DNA from: Octopus sinensis
Taxonomy: Eukaryota
Direction of reading: 5' to 3'
Length of the DNA: 64,000 nucleotides
Assembly (NCBI RefSeq): GCF_006345805.1
Contig: NC_043009.1
Location: forward strand, 46,686,001 to 46,750,000
In this document: piece after piece, positions 26,510 through 40,200 of the stretch
Layout: every line of letters begins with the position of its first letter
Position numbering within the stretch: position 1 is the first letter of the stretch
Made by a program: the position numbers and the translations under genes
The notes under the pieces: generated by a model
Seen by the model: the letters and a program-made list of their open reading frames with translations, nothing else
Told to the model about the DNA's origin: nothing
Databases searched by the model: none

Positions 26510-27520
26510 GTAATTTATTAAAATAATGGCAAGGGTTGCACAGTTAAATCATTTTCGACATAGTTCTCTTGCTTTTGATGTACTTCTTCGAGCGGTCTGC
26601 AAGGTTGCTTATTCCTTCGGAAAAGAAGACTTCGGCTGGTCGCGTAGCTATTTATGCATCACTATCTGTGCTTCGGCAACCCCTTAAAGCATGTTTGAGT
26701 CTGAAGAGGTGATAGTCGGAAGAGTCAAAATCTTGACTGTATGCAGAATGTTCTAGCAACTCGTAACCCAATTTTTCAATGGTTTCAATTGTGTTGGATG
26801 CCGTATTTGGGCGGGCATTATTGTGCGACAATATCACTTGAGTTGACAATAGGCCTTAGCGTTTGGTGAGAAATGCTGGTATCAGTTTGTTGGCCAGCAA
26901 TTCATTACTGCCCACATTAGTGATAATAGACCCATTTTCCGGGCATAGTTCCAGTATAGGTCCTTTTATGTCCCAAGAAATGGTTAGTATCCCGTCTGCG
27001 GAATGTTGAGGTTTAAATTCCTTTTCCGCTAGCAATTCCGTGTGTCTCCACCCTATGATCTGCTATTGGATTCAGGCTCAAAGGGATGAACCCAAGTTTC
27101 ATCTCTTATGACTAATTCTCTCCCAAACACCTCCTCCTTTATCATTGTAGAGGTCGAGTAAGCGTTGATAGATCTCCACACGATTGCGCTTATGTGCTTG
27201 GGGTAACCCCTTGGCACAGCTTTCGATCCACTCATACTCAATTCTACTTGACTGAGCGCTGTTCCCGTATTGTATAGGAAGTCTGTGATGAATTTCAGCC
27301 CCTGACACACCTTCAGACCAGAGAAAACAGATCATTCATCTCTGTTTTTCCTTGGCGCACAGTGCCAGCGGTGCGGCCATGTTTACTCTATAACCAAAGA
27401 AAGAAAACTGGAGGGAAAACACTCAAACTTCCATTAAGTAATCACAAGAGTACCACTTTTTAGCACTCGGACGCTGAAGAAAGTTATGGTGAAACTGCGG
27501 ATAACTTTTCACTTCTTCAA
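26510..27520 (-). mobile_element. Decayed mariner (DD34D) transposon
   Basis: FLWSEGVSGAEIHHRL, IRDETWVHPFEPES and HNNARPNTA..LEHSAYSQDFDSSDYHLF. A TIR remnant at 27492-27520 resembles 48470-48499. Confidence 0.9.
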
Positions 27521-27928
27521 GCACACACACACACACACACACACATACACTCATATGTGTGTGTACATATATGTATGTGAATGTGTGTATATAAATGTGT
27601 CGCTATGGTTCTTGATGCCTTGTCATTGTGGTTTTGTCCCACGCCAGCTTTCACCGTTTCACCAATACGAAGTATGATAAAAGGGATTCTCAACCATAGC
27701 CATGTCATACATTTGTATATTTAGAGCTACAATGGCCAATCCAATACCTTCTACATTTTGTAAGGCAATCGGTTATGAGTTTATAAAATGTGGTTAAAAT
27801 TTCTAGGAGGTGGAACTAAGGACGGATCTCGCAGATAGTTGCTATATCACTGATATATATATGGATGGGGTATGTCTTTGTGTGTGTATATATTCACACA
27901 CACATTTATATATATATACATATGTATG

Positions 27929-27994
<66 letters not shown>

Positions 27995-28101
27995 TATATA
28001 TTATTTAACTGCATTCGACACATCCGAACATTTTTTAACTTTTTGGAACATTCTGTTTTTTTCTTATTCTGTTTAATCTTAATCCATTCGTTGTTACTTT
28101 G

Positions 28102-28158
<57 letters not shown>

Positions 28159-28171
28159 ATTTGCTCGTGTT

Positions 28172-28209
28172 CCTTTATGTTGAAGAGCGTAGGTTCGAAA
28201 CGTAAAAGG
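28172..28209 (+). ncRNA. Minimal type I hammerhead-like motif (decayed core) in a PLE pseudo-LTR-like repeat (28150-28300)
   Basis: CCTTT-ATGTTGA-A-GAGC-gtag-GTTC-GAAA-CG-TA-AAAGG. The same repeat family is on the minus strand at ~53970-54160 and ~55805-55990, where the core starts CTGTT. Confidence 0.6.
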
Positions 28210-28432
28210 CTTTCTCACCTTCCCGAGCGTCAAACTAATACACCTGCTTGTTGTTTATACACCTGTCTTCGTCTTTTGTTTTTCTGTAAATTTCAACTAT
28301 ATATATACATACACATGCATGCAAATAGGTAGATAATAAATATATATATTCAAATGTACATAAATATTGATGTCTGTACACACACGCACACACACACATG
28401 TATATTTATTTATATTTACATTTATATTTATA

Positions 28433-28799
28433 TCAAGGGAGATAGAGCGAAAACGAACTTTCTCCAACATGCTTTAAGTGCCGACACCTTGAAAAGCTAC
28501 CAAAAACTCCAGTTAAAATATGGACATGGCTTAAAACAGGCTGGTGAGAGAAAATTAGAAAGTTTAAAGGTGAATTGGTTCTAATTTCTGGATTAAAAGA
28601 AGACTTAAGCCTTCTTCCTTTGTCAACACAATACACGGATAGGAGAAATATAAGTCCAAATAACTGTACATAATGTCCGAAGCAAGTTCACACATCTATC
28701 TACATTCGTGTATATTTTAGCTGGAGTTTTGGTAGTTTTTTAAGGTATCGGCACTTCAAGCATGCTGGAGAAAGATCGTTTTCGCCCGATCTCCCTTCA
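28433..28799. mobile_element. MITE with ~95-bp imperfect terminal inverted repeats, TA-flanked (Tc1/mariner-like ends)
   Basis: 28433-28530 is the reverse complement of 28705-28799. Non-coding interior. Confidence 0.75.
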
Positions 28800-28955
28800 T
28801 ATAATTATATACATATATGCATTATTTTTAATTTAATGTAATATTAGCCCATACATTTTGATAGCATGCTGACTACTTGATAAAAATCATTAACGTGATT
28901 TTTATCCTTATATTCTTATGTATGTATCATATACATACATACATACATACATACA

Positions 28956-29037
<82 letters not shown>

Positions 29038-29335
29038 CGTGGGTGGTGTGTCTTTATATTCAACTTTACTTGTAACGATATACCGCTGTGTTTTCATGCA
29101 CCATGCGCCTATTGTGTGAACTTCTCAAGGCGAATACCCCAGTATTCAGCGTTCAACAAGACATCCTCGTTAAGTTAGATATAAAGATTGCCTTTTGGTA
29201 CTGATACTGCTTCTGTCACGAATACTTTTTTGTAATAATCTTGGAAGCTATGTGGGGCATCAGTGACTAAAAAAATTAATGGTATTCTATATATCTTAGC
29301 AACGAGATTTGATTGGTATGCGGTCGCCGGACGCC

Positions 29336-29379
29336 TGCCACTGAAGAAGTACAGTACACCGAAATCACATGATCGGGCG
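29336..29379 (+). ncRNA. Decayed type I hammerhead-like motif
   Basis: TGCCA-CTGAAGA-AGTAcagtaCACC-GAAA-TCAcaTGA-TC-GGGCG. Core and stem III are intact; stem II has two mismatches consistent with G>A decay. Confidence 0.45.
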
Positions 29380-29771
29380 GTTCCGGTGCCCATACTAGAC
29401 GATTCTCGTCTGCTATGATATATGCTTGTGCTTTTATGTACTATGCGTCAATATTCTCTTTTACTCTTTTACTCTTTTACTCTTTTAATTGTTTCAGTCA
29501 TTTAACTGCGGCCATGCTGGAGCACCGCCTTTAATCGAGCAAATCGACCCCGGGACTTATAATATGTAAGGACTTCTCGAAGCGAGCAAAACTCGCACGT
29601 TAAATTGTAAATAAAGACTGCTTTTTGTACTAATACTGCTTACGTCTATCTATTTACTCATAAGGCCGGTTTGCCTTGAGCTATGATAGTCTCCCCACCT
29701 CATTTCATAGACGTCAGATATCGAGGTAAAGTTAGCATATAACTATCCAGAGAAAATATATCTATTATCTA

Positions 29772-31052
29772 CGAGGGACGTTCAATAAGTAATGCCCCTG
29801 ACCCACTTCCCATAGCAGTAGACCAACGAAACTCGGCCCAGTTATTAGTCTTTTTCTACATAGGAACCAACCAGAGTTACGCATTTCTCCCATTGTTTGA
29901 TGCAGCTCTGGAGTCCGTTTTTGTAGAAGACCCCAGCTTGGTCCTCCAACTTGAACGTGACTTCAGAAATCAAGGCTGCATCATCTGGGAAACGCTTTCC
30001 TTTCAAAAACAACTTCATGACTGGGAAGAGGTGAAAATCAGAGAGTGCAAGGTCAGGAAATTAGGGGGATGGGGGAGGAGTTCATAGCCATACGCCTGTG
30101 CCTCTGATCTGGCGACAAGCGAGTTGTGGACCGGAGCGTTGTCCTGCAGGAGGAGGATGCCTTTGCTGATCTTGCCCCCGCCTCTTGATTTTGATAACTT
30201 CTCTTAATTTCCTCAAAAGTGAAGCATAATAGGCTCCTGCAGTTGTGGTACCCTTTGCCAAGAAATCTGTCATCACTACTCCCAGAAGACTGTGAGCATG
30301 ACCTTGCCAGCGGAGGGCTGCACCCTTGCCTTCTTTGGAGGGAGTGAGTCACGGTGCTTCCACTGCATTGACTGGGCTTTGGTCTCTGGATCATCGTGAT
30401 GGACCCAGGTTTCATCCTGTGTAATCATTCTTTTGAAACATTTTGACTCATCTTCTTGGCACATCTCCAAATTCACCCTCGAGCACTCGACGCGTTCTTG
30501 CTTCTGGAAAGGCGTGAGCAACCTGGGAATCCATCTGGCAGACACCTTTTGCATATGCAAATGGTCATGAATGATAGTTTCCACAGACCCGGTACTAATC
30601 TTGACCTCATGGGCTATTTGGCAAATAATTATGCGTCGATCTTCCAAAATGGCAGCCTCAACTTGACGGACAGATGCCTCATCAATGGCAGAAGGGGCGA
30701 CCAGATCTGGGAGCTGTTTCCACAGAGTTCCGACCATGTTTGAATTCACGATGCCAGCATTTTACAAGGTCATATGATAGGGCATCATCACCATAAGTTA
30801 CTTTCATTTCATCAAAAGTCTCCCGTGGTGTGCGTCCTTTCAAATACAAAAACCGGATCACTGCTCTACACTCAACAGGCTCCATTTCAAACTTGACTCG
30901 GTTCAAACACCTGTAAATCAGAAACCACAATTAATTCAGAGCTGTAATTTGCCACTTACTCTATAGAGATATAAATGATTGCACATGCAAAATTTCAGCT
31001 AGATCAAACAACTGCAAGTGGGTCAGAGGCATTACTTATTGAACGTCCCTCG
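29772..31052 (-). mobile_element. Full-length mariner (DD34D) transposon, frameshifted transposase
   Basis: 37-bp TIRs CGAGGGACGTTCAATAAGTAATGCC(C/T)CTGACCCACTT (1 mismatch), TA on both sides, 1281 bp. Motifs RAVIRFLYLKG, WIPRLLT, ITQDETWVH, LQDNAPVH and PDLA.SDFHLF. Confidence 0.97.
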
Positions 31053-32175
31053 TACTTAATGACTAAATGTTACCGCTCAGTAATTTCATCATCTCTAGGA
31101 AAAATAAATTTAGCTTCCACTTAAGACAGTATTTTACAAAAATCTCTCCCACAGCAACTGTTGCAAATAAAGAATATATGCTTTCCTCTGTTATTTAGAT
31201 TCTTTTCATTATATTTTTGTATGTGAACAAATTTAAAGAGTTAATACTATCATTACCTGATCGAAACAGCAACAGCGGAGGCAACACGTTAGCATTAAGC
31301 GAGCGGACTGACAGAAACGATCAAATATAGAATAATTTTTTTTTATATTTAATTTGACCTATATCTACTCATAAGATATTTGCCTTTTATTTTTTCTGAG
31401 ATTGATTAATTAAGCCCCAGTTAACCTGAACCTAATCCTTTGCAGTACCTATGATCTACTTTCTCATGCACTAGCTGCCCTTTTTCTGGAGTTCTGATCT
31501 TCAAAGTGCTGTTTTATGCTTCATAAAACAAGTTACGCCATTTTGTAACACATGATGTCGAAGTTGAAAACCTGGTCAAAGCTACTCCTGTTCACTCAAA
31601 TAGCTAATACTCGCATGTTAATGCCACTCCATTTTTTTGTATATAAATCTTTTAGCTTTTCAATTGTGTCAAACTGCTTAGTAAAACGAGAAATCAAAAA
31701 AAGCACTATTGAATACATTTATTTGCGTATCTTTCGTTGTATAATTCAAATTCCACAGGAGTGGTCTATGCTTTCACTACTCCGCAGTCTTTACAATAAC
31801 TGTCAAGGATATACTAAGGTCGTTGACATCTAAAATACATCCGCCTCACTAAAGTGGACTGTATACTTAATTCAATGTAGTTTATTGCGTTTTAAAGCTC
31901 ATAGCAATTAGCTTTAATGTGTACAGCTTGTGAGCTTGCGTACTTTTGTACCGAATGCGAAATAAGAACCAAGTTCTCTCTGATATCTTATTGGTTACAA
32001 TGTTCATCATGAAACCGGATTATTCGACAAATTTAGATGACCGTTTGTCGAATGAAAATAGAAATCCCATTTTAATAAATATTAATTAGGTTTTAAGTAT
32101 TTTCTATTATTTAAATGCAAACTAATTTTAATTGCTAAAGAAAAATAGATTTTCTTGTCAACGGACATTATTATG

Positions 32176-32560
32176 CAGTAATTCCTCGACTATTGCGGGT
32201 GTTATGCTCCAAACACCCAGCGGCAGGTGAAATTCCGCGAAGTAGAAACAGTACTGTACTGTATTTTTTTTATTTTTATAATTTTTATATATTTAAGCTT
32301 TTATAAACTCTTTCCCAGACTCTTCGGTGTACCCGTGTCTTCCCTTTCTTTGTGGGTGAGGAACATAATGGTGGGCAGTTGCTGGCTCTGCCTTTTTCTT
32401 CTGTGTAAGGTTTTTTATAGACTTCTATTTCTCTGTCGATTGCATTTCTGAACTGCAACGCACGAATCATCTGGGGGTCCTAATCTTCCGCTATTCTCTG
32501 AAAAATCCGCGATATACAGAGGGCGCGATAGGTGAATCGCGATATGGCGAGTGATTACTG
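32176..32560. mobile_element. pogo/Tigger-like MITE
   Basis: Termini CAGTAATTCCTCGACTATTGCG / CGCGATATGGCGAGTGATTACTG-TA, with subterminal CCGCGA repeats. Confidence 0.7.
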
Positions 32561-33951
32561 TATAATAATCGTGAATATTCATTTTACTAATTTGTGCGAC
32601 CTTTTGATTGTATTCTGTTTTCTTTCATAATAGCTGATTCCGTTATAACTCTTTCTTTCTGGTAATTCAATTCTTGATGCAACTGTAGGGCCACTGTCTT
32701 GACATAAGTCATATTTTGAACATTGTGAAACTGGATCGGTGGAGACTATATCCCCGTTAACGTTAGAGTACAGCAGAGTTAGTCTAGATAAAACACAGAG
32801 AGAAAGAGAGAAAGAAAGATTGAAACGAATAGTTCTAACTACTAAACTAGTATTAGATTCATAGACCCTGTAAAAAGTGAAACTTGACTTCAGTAGGACT
32901 TGAACTGAGAGTAGAAAGGCGGAACGAATATAGTAATGCATTCTATGTTGTACTCTAACGATTCATCCAGCACAGCGCTTAAAAAGCTGCCCCTATATTA
33001 CAAACCATTAAAGTTCAAACATGGTTTTCTCTTCACTCGATAAAATAAAAAAAGACTTTACCTATACAAAATGAATTAAAATAAAACAATACTTCACCTA
33101 TGCAAATGAATTGAAGTAGATAAGCTGAAATTGATTTTTTTTTTACATATATATATAAATTTACACAACAGAGGTCAAATTTTGGCTATCTGATGCATGC
33201 CCTACATATCTGACCGAGATTTCGTTTGTTGATCATTCTAGGAGTTGATACTGGGACACTGTGACATTGTAACAATTATATTGTAGTTATCTCGCGCGCT
33301 ATTATCTAGATTATGCGAGCTGAGTCAATTATTGCACTTGAGGAACGCGGCATCTCGAATCAATTGGTGACCAACAGTTTCAACTCATGATTTAGGCCAG
33401 TGGGAATTTTCATTCATTCCAAAGTGATTTATCTTAAATACATTGTATGGCGATGCAGTTAGAATTAGGGTTACCTGACGAGTATCTATAGTTTATGTAG
33501 CGGTAAGGTTTTATCTACGAGAGTCGGAGCTACTTGAATCAATGTCTTCTCATGACATAGATTTCATTGTAGGTAGTATTGTGTGGTAGGCCTTTCAATT
33601 TCATTACCAACGTTGGTCAACCTTACAATTTTCTTGGTATGTGGCCTTGTGGTTAATAACGTTCGGCTTATGGCTACAAGATTTTAGGTTCAATCGATGG
33701 ATCTGCTGGCTCTTTACATCCTTCAACAAGACACTTCATTTCATGTTCTTCTAATCTACTCAATTTTAATGAGCACCAACCAAATGCTGAAAGAGCCTTC
33801 TGTTCATTCAGCTGTTACATCTTGTATACCCCCACGAAGTCAACTTCCGTGACGACCGAGTGAATGTGTGTTTCTGTTCGCAACTACAAAAATACCCAAA
33901 ACAATTATCATTATATACTTGAAGCAATTAGCGAAATTCTGATACATGCTT

Positions 33952-34122
33952 TCAAGTCAAACTTACTTCTCAGTGATGAGTCTGCTTCGACAACAATAAC
34001 AATAACTACTACTACTACTACTACAACCATTAACAATAGAAAAATAATAATCAAGTCAAACTTACTTCTCAGTGATGAGTCTGCTTCAACAACAATAACA
34101 ATAACTACTACTACTACTACTA

Positions 34123-34157
<35 letters not shown>

Positions 34158-34286
34158 AACCATTAACAATAGAAAATAATAATCAAGTCAAACTTACTTC
34201 TCAGTGATGAGTCTGCTTCAACAACAATAACAATAACTACTACTACTACTACTACTACTACCATTAACAATAGAAAAATAATAATC
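33952..34286. repeat. Three-copy ~100-130 bp minisatellite with variable internal (ACT)n
   Basis: Units start at 33952, 34051 and 34183 with TCAAGTCAAACTTACTTCTCAGTGATGAGTCTGCTTC. Confidence 0.95.
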
Positions 34287-34713
34287 TGAGATATAATAAA
34301 ACGCAGTGTGTCTCGTCGGCCACGCGGGAAGAAAGGCAAAACAAACAAACGGAGTGGGAGTGAGTGAGAATCAGAGATGCTAACTGCGGGATAACTATAA
34401 TAAGATGTTTGTTTTGTTCTGCAATCGCTGATATTTTAATCAAAATATAAAGGCAAAAATGTTATCGTAGATTGTATTTAGTTTATCAGTTTCACACATA
34501 CACACACACATACACAAACACAAATTTATATTTATGAAGTTAATTTCAAAACATTATTTCCTTTCCATTTAAATAGCAGCATTTTACAGATTTCATCGAT
34601 TTAAGAAAATTAATCAAACAAGCTAGTACGCACCCTCATTCTCACACATTCATTCACGTACACATATGTATATTATGCATATACATAAGAATATAGATAT
34701 GTATGCGTATGAG

Positions 34714-34747
<34 letters not shown>

Positions 34748-34784
34748 TTTACACACACACACGCACGCACAGAATCTGAGTTTT

Positions 34785-35330
34785 ATATATATAAAACTCA
34801 GAGTGTGTTTGTGTGTGTGTGTATGTGTGTGTACCCACATAACTTCTAAAGTTCACAACTGATTTCCTCTAAACTGGGAACACACATTACTTATGTTTCA
34901 GAGAAGGTTTTAGACTGTGAAAGCATTAATTAATATCAACAAAATATTGATATTAATTAATGCTTTTTATTGCCAGTCAATTATCAACATAACAGTACCA
35001 GCTCAGTTCACTGTATGTGTTTCTTAAACTTTGCAAAGATATTGATATTATTTGCCTTTTATCATTCAAATTTCATTGTTAACGTACAATTGTCATCTTA
35101 TTTCATTACATCATCTTACTTGACAGAATGTCTCCAAAGAGGAGATACTCCATTGGTCGAAAAACGGGCGCTAGCAGAGAAACTGAAATGAAGGAGAGCA
35201 AATGAATCGTCACATGAGACTTCAATTAGACAATCACAAAATGTTGCATGTACAGCTTACTGCATGAGCAATGGATAGCGATGAGTAGTATAGTATTCAC
35301 TTGGCCAGGAATGATGCAATAACAACTTCG
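34785..35330 (+). mobile_element. Probable Helitron 5' remnant
   Basis: TATATATAAA start followed by a (GT)n tract and a 20-bp perfect hairpin at 34920-34966. Decayed reading MSPKRRYSIGRKT../RANESSHETSIR resembles Helitron Rep/Hel N-terminal repeats. Confidence 0.45.
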
Positions 35331-35984
35331 GCCAATCCACCACCACCCTTACCACGTCATTTCTTTCATGTAGATTTCTCTCATGTGGTGCTGTTGGGCG
35401 CACCCATAGGCTTAATTTACCACACAGTTGTAGTTCCTATGTCTGATGACTGTTCAGCGTATTAGCGGCAGCGCCGACAGCCACAGAGGAGAGTATATCC
35501 ACTGAGAGATTTTTGGTGCGTTCAAAGATCACATAACCCATTCCCGCCACTTTTCAATGACAATGTTAGGGCCTGGAATTTTCCAAACAGATGCATGACA
35601 TGTCACTTCGTCGAATTAGCCCTTCATTTACTCAACAAATGTTTTGTCGTTGGTGCTGCACTTCCCCGCATCACAGGTCATTTAAATCCCCAACAACGCC
35701 GGGTAGATTTAGCACTTATATTTATTCAGTAAGACGATCGTTTCCAGCCCTCATGCGGCTGTCCTTTATGGGTAGGATGTCATGCGTCCAACTGTGTTGC
35801 ATCGATCACTGCAGTGTAAGTCACTTCAAGTACATGCCTACACAATGTGGTATTTCAACAGAATTCCTGAAGAAGATCCAGCGGAAATATACCCCAACTG
35901 TTAATGACACCAGGTAGCCCAAACTGTGAACGTGCCTTAATCAACACACTAATTGATATGTACCCATTAGTTCGAAGTTTTACG

Positions 35985-36154
<170 letters not shown>

Positions 36155-36565
36155 TGTGTGTGTATAGTCAATTTAAAAAAAAAGAACAAAAAAAGATGAG
36201 AAAGAAAAAACAAACAAACGTCAAGAAGTAGCACAAGCAATGTATTAATATGACACTCGGTGATAGAAGAGAGTTGTTGGTTTACGTTTCGAGCATGGAT
36301 CCTTGTGGGAAACAGGAAAAACAGGAAAGTCCAAAGAGAAAGAAACAAGAATGAGGAAAAATCGCCAACTGTTCACGTGCGGTTACATTTCTGAAGTGAC
36401 CAGAAGTAGAAGGAGGAAGCGAAAGTGTTTTCTGGGAAAAAGAAAGTGTGAAGATGGTCAGTATGTGTGTGTGTGCGTGTGGTAGCGTGTGCGTGTGTGA
36501 TAGCGTGATTTGGTAACTGTGTGTGTGTGTATGTGCATATATACATATAAACACACACACACAGC

Positions 36566-36602
<37 letters not shown>

Positions 36603-36766
36603 ATAGAGAGAGAGAGGCTGTGTGGTAAGTAGCTTGCTTACCAACCACATGGTTCCATGTTCAGTCCCACTGTGTGGCACCTTGGACAAGTGTCTTCTAC
36701 TAAAGCCTCGGGCCGACCAAATCCTTGTGAATGGATTTGGTAGACGGAAACTGAAAGAAGGTCATC

Positions 36767-36806
<40 letters not shown>

Positions 36807-36899
36807 GTTTGTGTTGTCTGTATTTGTCCCCCCCCACCATCGCCTGACAACCGATGTTGGTGTGTTTACATCCCTGTGACTTAGTGGTTCGGCAAAAGA

Positions 36900-37087
36900 A
36901 CCTGATAATAGGTTATTTTGAATTTACCATATACGAAATGTCACTGCAAAAATATAGTTATCCATTTCATCATTATGTAAAAGAAAACTGGAAAATATAC
37001 CTGGATGACTGTTTTATCATTTGGAAAGAGACCATTGATAAACTTTTGGAATTCAAATCAACTCTAAATGATATAAACCGTAACAAA
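36900..37087 (+). mobile_element. Penelope-like RT catalytic-core fragment
   Basis: LIIGYFE..ENWKIYLDDCFIIW..LLEFKSTLNDIN (YLDD motif). Confidence 0.85.
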
Positions 37088-37255
37088 TAGGGAGTGCAAT
37101 AAGGGTGAAGCACTTGCAGAAAACAGCACTACTTGGAACCGCTCAAATACTCCGGATGGTGGTCGAAAATAATGGGTGTTACCTTAGTTCACTGGTAGTG
37201 AACAACTGATACCGAAGTACATCTCCAGCGTTAGAAGCTGTGCAAAGACAATAAA
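37088..37255 (+). mobile_element. R4/Dong-like extreme 3' fragment with (AAT)n tail
   Basis: IRVKHLQKTALLGTAQILRMVVE, then 3' UTR and (AAT)n. Confidence 0.75.
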
Positions 37256-37261
37256 ATAATA

Positions 37262-37329
<68 letters not shown>

Positions 37330-37355
37330 TATTATTATTATTATTATTATTATTA

Positions 37356-37388
<33 letters not shown>

Positions 37389-37399
37389 CATTATTATTA

Positions 37400-37870
37400 T
37401 TTTATGTTTGACTTTTGCTTTACATTTATACAAGTTGGCTCCAAGTCTCACCCAGAGACCTCGAGGGACAACAAGTTGGAAATTCATGTTGGTGTTATGC
37501 CTAGGGTGCCGTAGTGTTGTTCTAGAGAATGTTTCAGAAATCATAAGAAAATTGTGTTTGTTTTAAATCTTGAGTTTACATAGACAGTATTTTACATAGG
37601 ATATGGGCAGTTCTCATGAGCACTATCTTTTGAAATTCTGCCATTTTGGAGTTCCCTATTATCTGAGCTAGGTAGCAATCAGCCCCTTTTGCTATCATTC
37701 CCAGGGCACCCATGACAACAGGTATTGTTTTAGTCCTCAGGTTCCACATTTTGCTGATTTCTATTTCAAGATCTTTATATTTGCTCAGTTTTTGGTAGGT
37801 CTTGACAGATACGTTTATATCGATTGGGACAGTCATATCAATGAGGAAGCATGAATTTTTTTGTCTGAAG
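37400..37870 (-). mobile_element. R4/Dong-like 3' fragment
   Basis: CFLIDMTVPID..KLSKYKDLEIEISKMW..PVVMGALG..QKIVLMRTAHIL. (TTA)n on both sides. Confidence 0.88.
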
Positions 37871-37879
37871 TTATTATTA

Positions 37880-37918
<39 letters not shown>

Positions 37919-39809
37919 TATTATTATTATTGGCCACCAGAATTGCAAAAAATTTTTCGGACACTGAAAAGACAAAGAAGTGTGAAACGTTACATAAACC
38001 TGTGCAAACAATATAATAATAGGAAAAACATTTTCTAATAAAAAAAAAATCTCTAGTAAGTGAGAAACGCCAGCATGTGGCAACCAAGAACGCTAAGAGA
38101 TTTCAAGTCATACTGCTCACCATAATTATCATGGCAATTACTCTTCTCTTCCGTATATTCCAACAAATTTATTAGGTGTAGGAAGAATACCTACCAGTCA
38201 ACTCTCATCTTAGATGTTAAGTCGAATTTTTAAAAGTCAATGTAGGCTTGGCCAAAGCGGAAAGTGTAGGTCTTCATTCTTTTTATTCTCGTTCACCACA
38301 CCAGCTATTTCGCCATAACTACCAGGTGGAGAAAAAATACAGGCCGTTTCCAACTAGGAAAGACAGCTGTATGATGGAATCTTCCAATACATTATAGTTG
38401 CTGTTCGACATAATTCCAGAAGCAAACAATGTTTGATTATTGAATGAACGCGTGCAGGACGGTTTCATCACTCTGCACGCATCTCAGATAATTATTGATT
38501 TCAGATATTTGGCACAAGGCCAGCAATTTCAAGGGATGGACTAAGTCAATTACAACGACCTCACTGCTTATTTCATCACCCCCACCCCGGAGGATGTAAA
38601 GCAAAGTCGACCTCAGTAAAATTTAAACCCAGAGCGTAAGGGCGGACGAAATGCCACTAAGCATTTTTCCCAGATTGCTAACGATTCTGCCAGCTCACCA
38701 CCTTGGAAATAATTCACCACATTTAGTGAAAAGGAGACGAGTGATGTTTTCAGTTTAGTTCTAAGTAATGTGGCGAATATATTAAACGGTCCACCACGGG
38801 GTGGCAGCACTAACCAGTGATGTGTATAAATACAAACTTGTTGCCAGTTCAAACATAGTAAAGTGAGATTGTCATTCGCAGTATTTTTTTATCTGGAGAA
38901 AATAGCTTTTGCTTCCCAACATATTCCGTCTAGTGAATCAAACATAGAAATAAGAAAAATATTCTGCGTAGCAGAAGCTTTAGCTCATTGGAAAGAGTAA
39001 TGGACAAACAATATTAGAAATAACGGTTTCAAATGTTGGCACACGGGCAGCAATTTTGGGAGAGGGATCAAGTCGATAATATCGACCGTACTTGTAGACT
39101 GCAAAAGGATGAAAGGCAAAAGTCGACCCCGGCAGTATTTGAAATAATATATATACTATATACTTGTTGGAAATATTTATTACTGATTTTAAGCCGGTGA
39201 GACAGCAAAATCGTTAACACGTCGGCCAAAATGTAATTGACTCACCCCTTACCTCGGAACTGCTGGCCTTGTGCCAACATTTGAAGCCAGTATTTATTAC
39301 TGATAAAAAGAGCGACGAACTGGCAGGATCGTTAGCACGCCGGGCAAAATGATTAGCGACATTTCGTCAGAACAACGATCGGTTTCTCAACCAAATCTCG
39401 GGAAAGTTTACATCGAGAGGAGTTTGTAGATTTCTGTGTTCTCATGGAACATATTTTGAATCCTTAAAATTCCACTTCTGATCCAACTAAAGAAAAACTT
39501 GCAGTTTTACAGGTCAAGTCCAATGATGTTCTAAATTTTATGGGTCTGGATATTGGAGTTCTGATTTTATTTAGAGTTTGCTGAGATAGTTCTCAAATCC
39601 CAATATCGTTTATTTTCTACAATGGCTCTTCAGCCAGCCATGGAAAAGAAATTACCACTGGCAAATACCTATATTATTAAACCCTTAATGAATGTTTTCA
39701 AAACTGCCTCTGAGGCATCTTACCACGGTTCCGAATGCAAGACATACTACCAGACCTTGAAAATTATTTCTCTTCAGGTAAGCATTCCGCTTACCATACT
39801 AAGAAATTC

Positions 39810-40200
39810 GTGGAGGCGCAATGGCCTAGTGGTTAGGGCAGCGGACTCGCGGTCGGAGGATCGCGGTTTCGATTCCCAGACCGGGCATTATGAGTGTTTA
39901 TTGAGCGAAAACACCTAAAAGCTCCACGAGGCTCCGGCAGGGGGTGGTGGTGAACCCTGCTGTACTCTTTCACCACAACTTTCTCTCGCTCTTTCTTCCT
40001 GTTTCTCTTGTACCTGTATTTCAAAGGGCCAGCCTTGTCACACTCTGTGTCACGCTGAATCTCCTCGAGAACTACGTTAAGGGTACACGTGTCTGTGGAG
40101 TGCTCAGCCACTTGCACGTTAATATCACGAGCAAGCTGTTCCGTTGATCGTATCAGCTGGGACCCTCATTGTCGCAACCGACGGAGTGCTCCTAAAAAAA
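39810..40200 (+). mobile_element. Full-length young tRNA(Arg)-like SINE
   Basis: A box TGGCCTAGTGG, B box GGTTTCGATTCC, A-tail, and a perfect 12-bp TSD ACTAAGAAATTC (39798-39809 / 40201-40212). Confidence 0.92.

Noticed and set aside
33952-34290. GTGATGA...CTGA as a C/D snoRNA, or TGATGA-GTC..GAC as a hammerhead
   Set aside because: The interior is microsatellite, there is no convincing terminal stem and no GAAA strand. It is better explained as a minisatellite.
39810-39890. tRNA-Arg-like sequence
   Set aside because: It is a SINE head: no acceptor stem, and it continues into a 390-bp element with A-tail and TSD.
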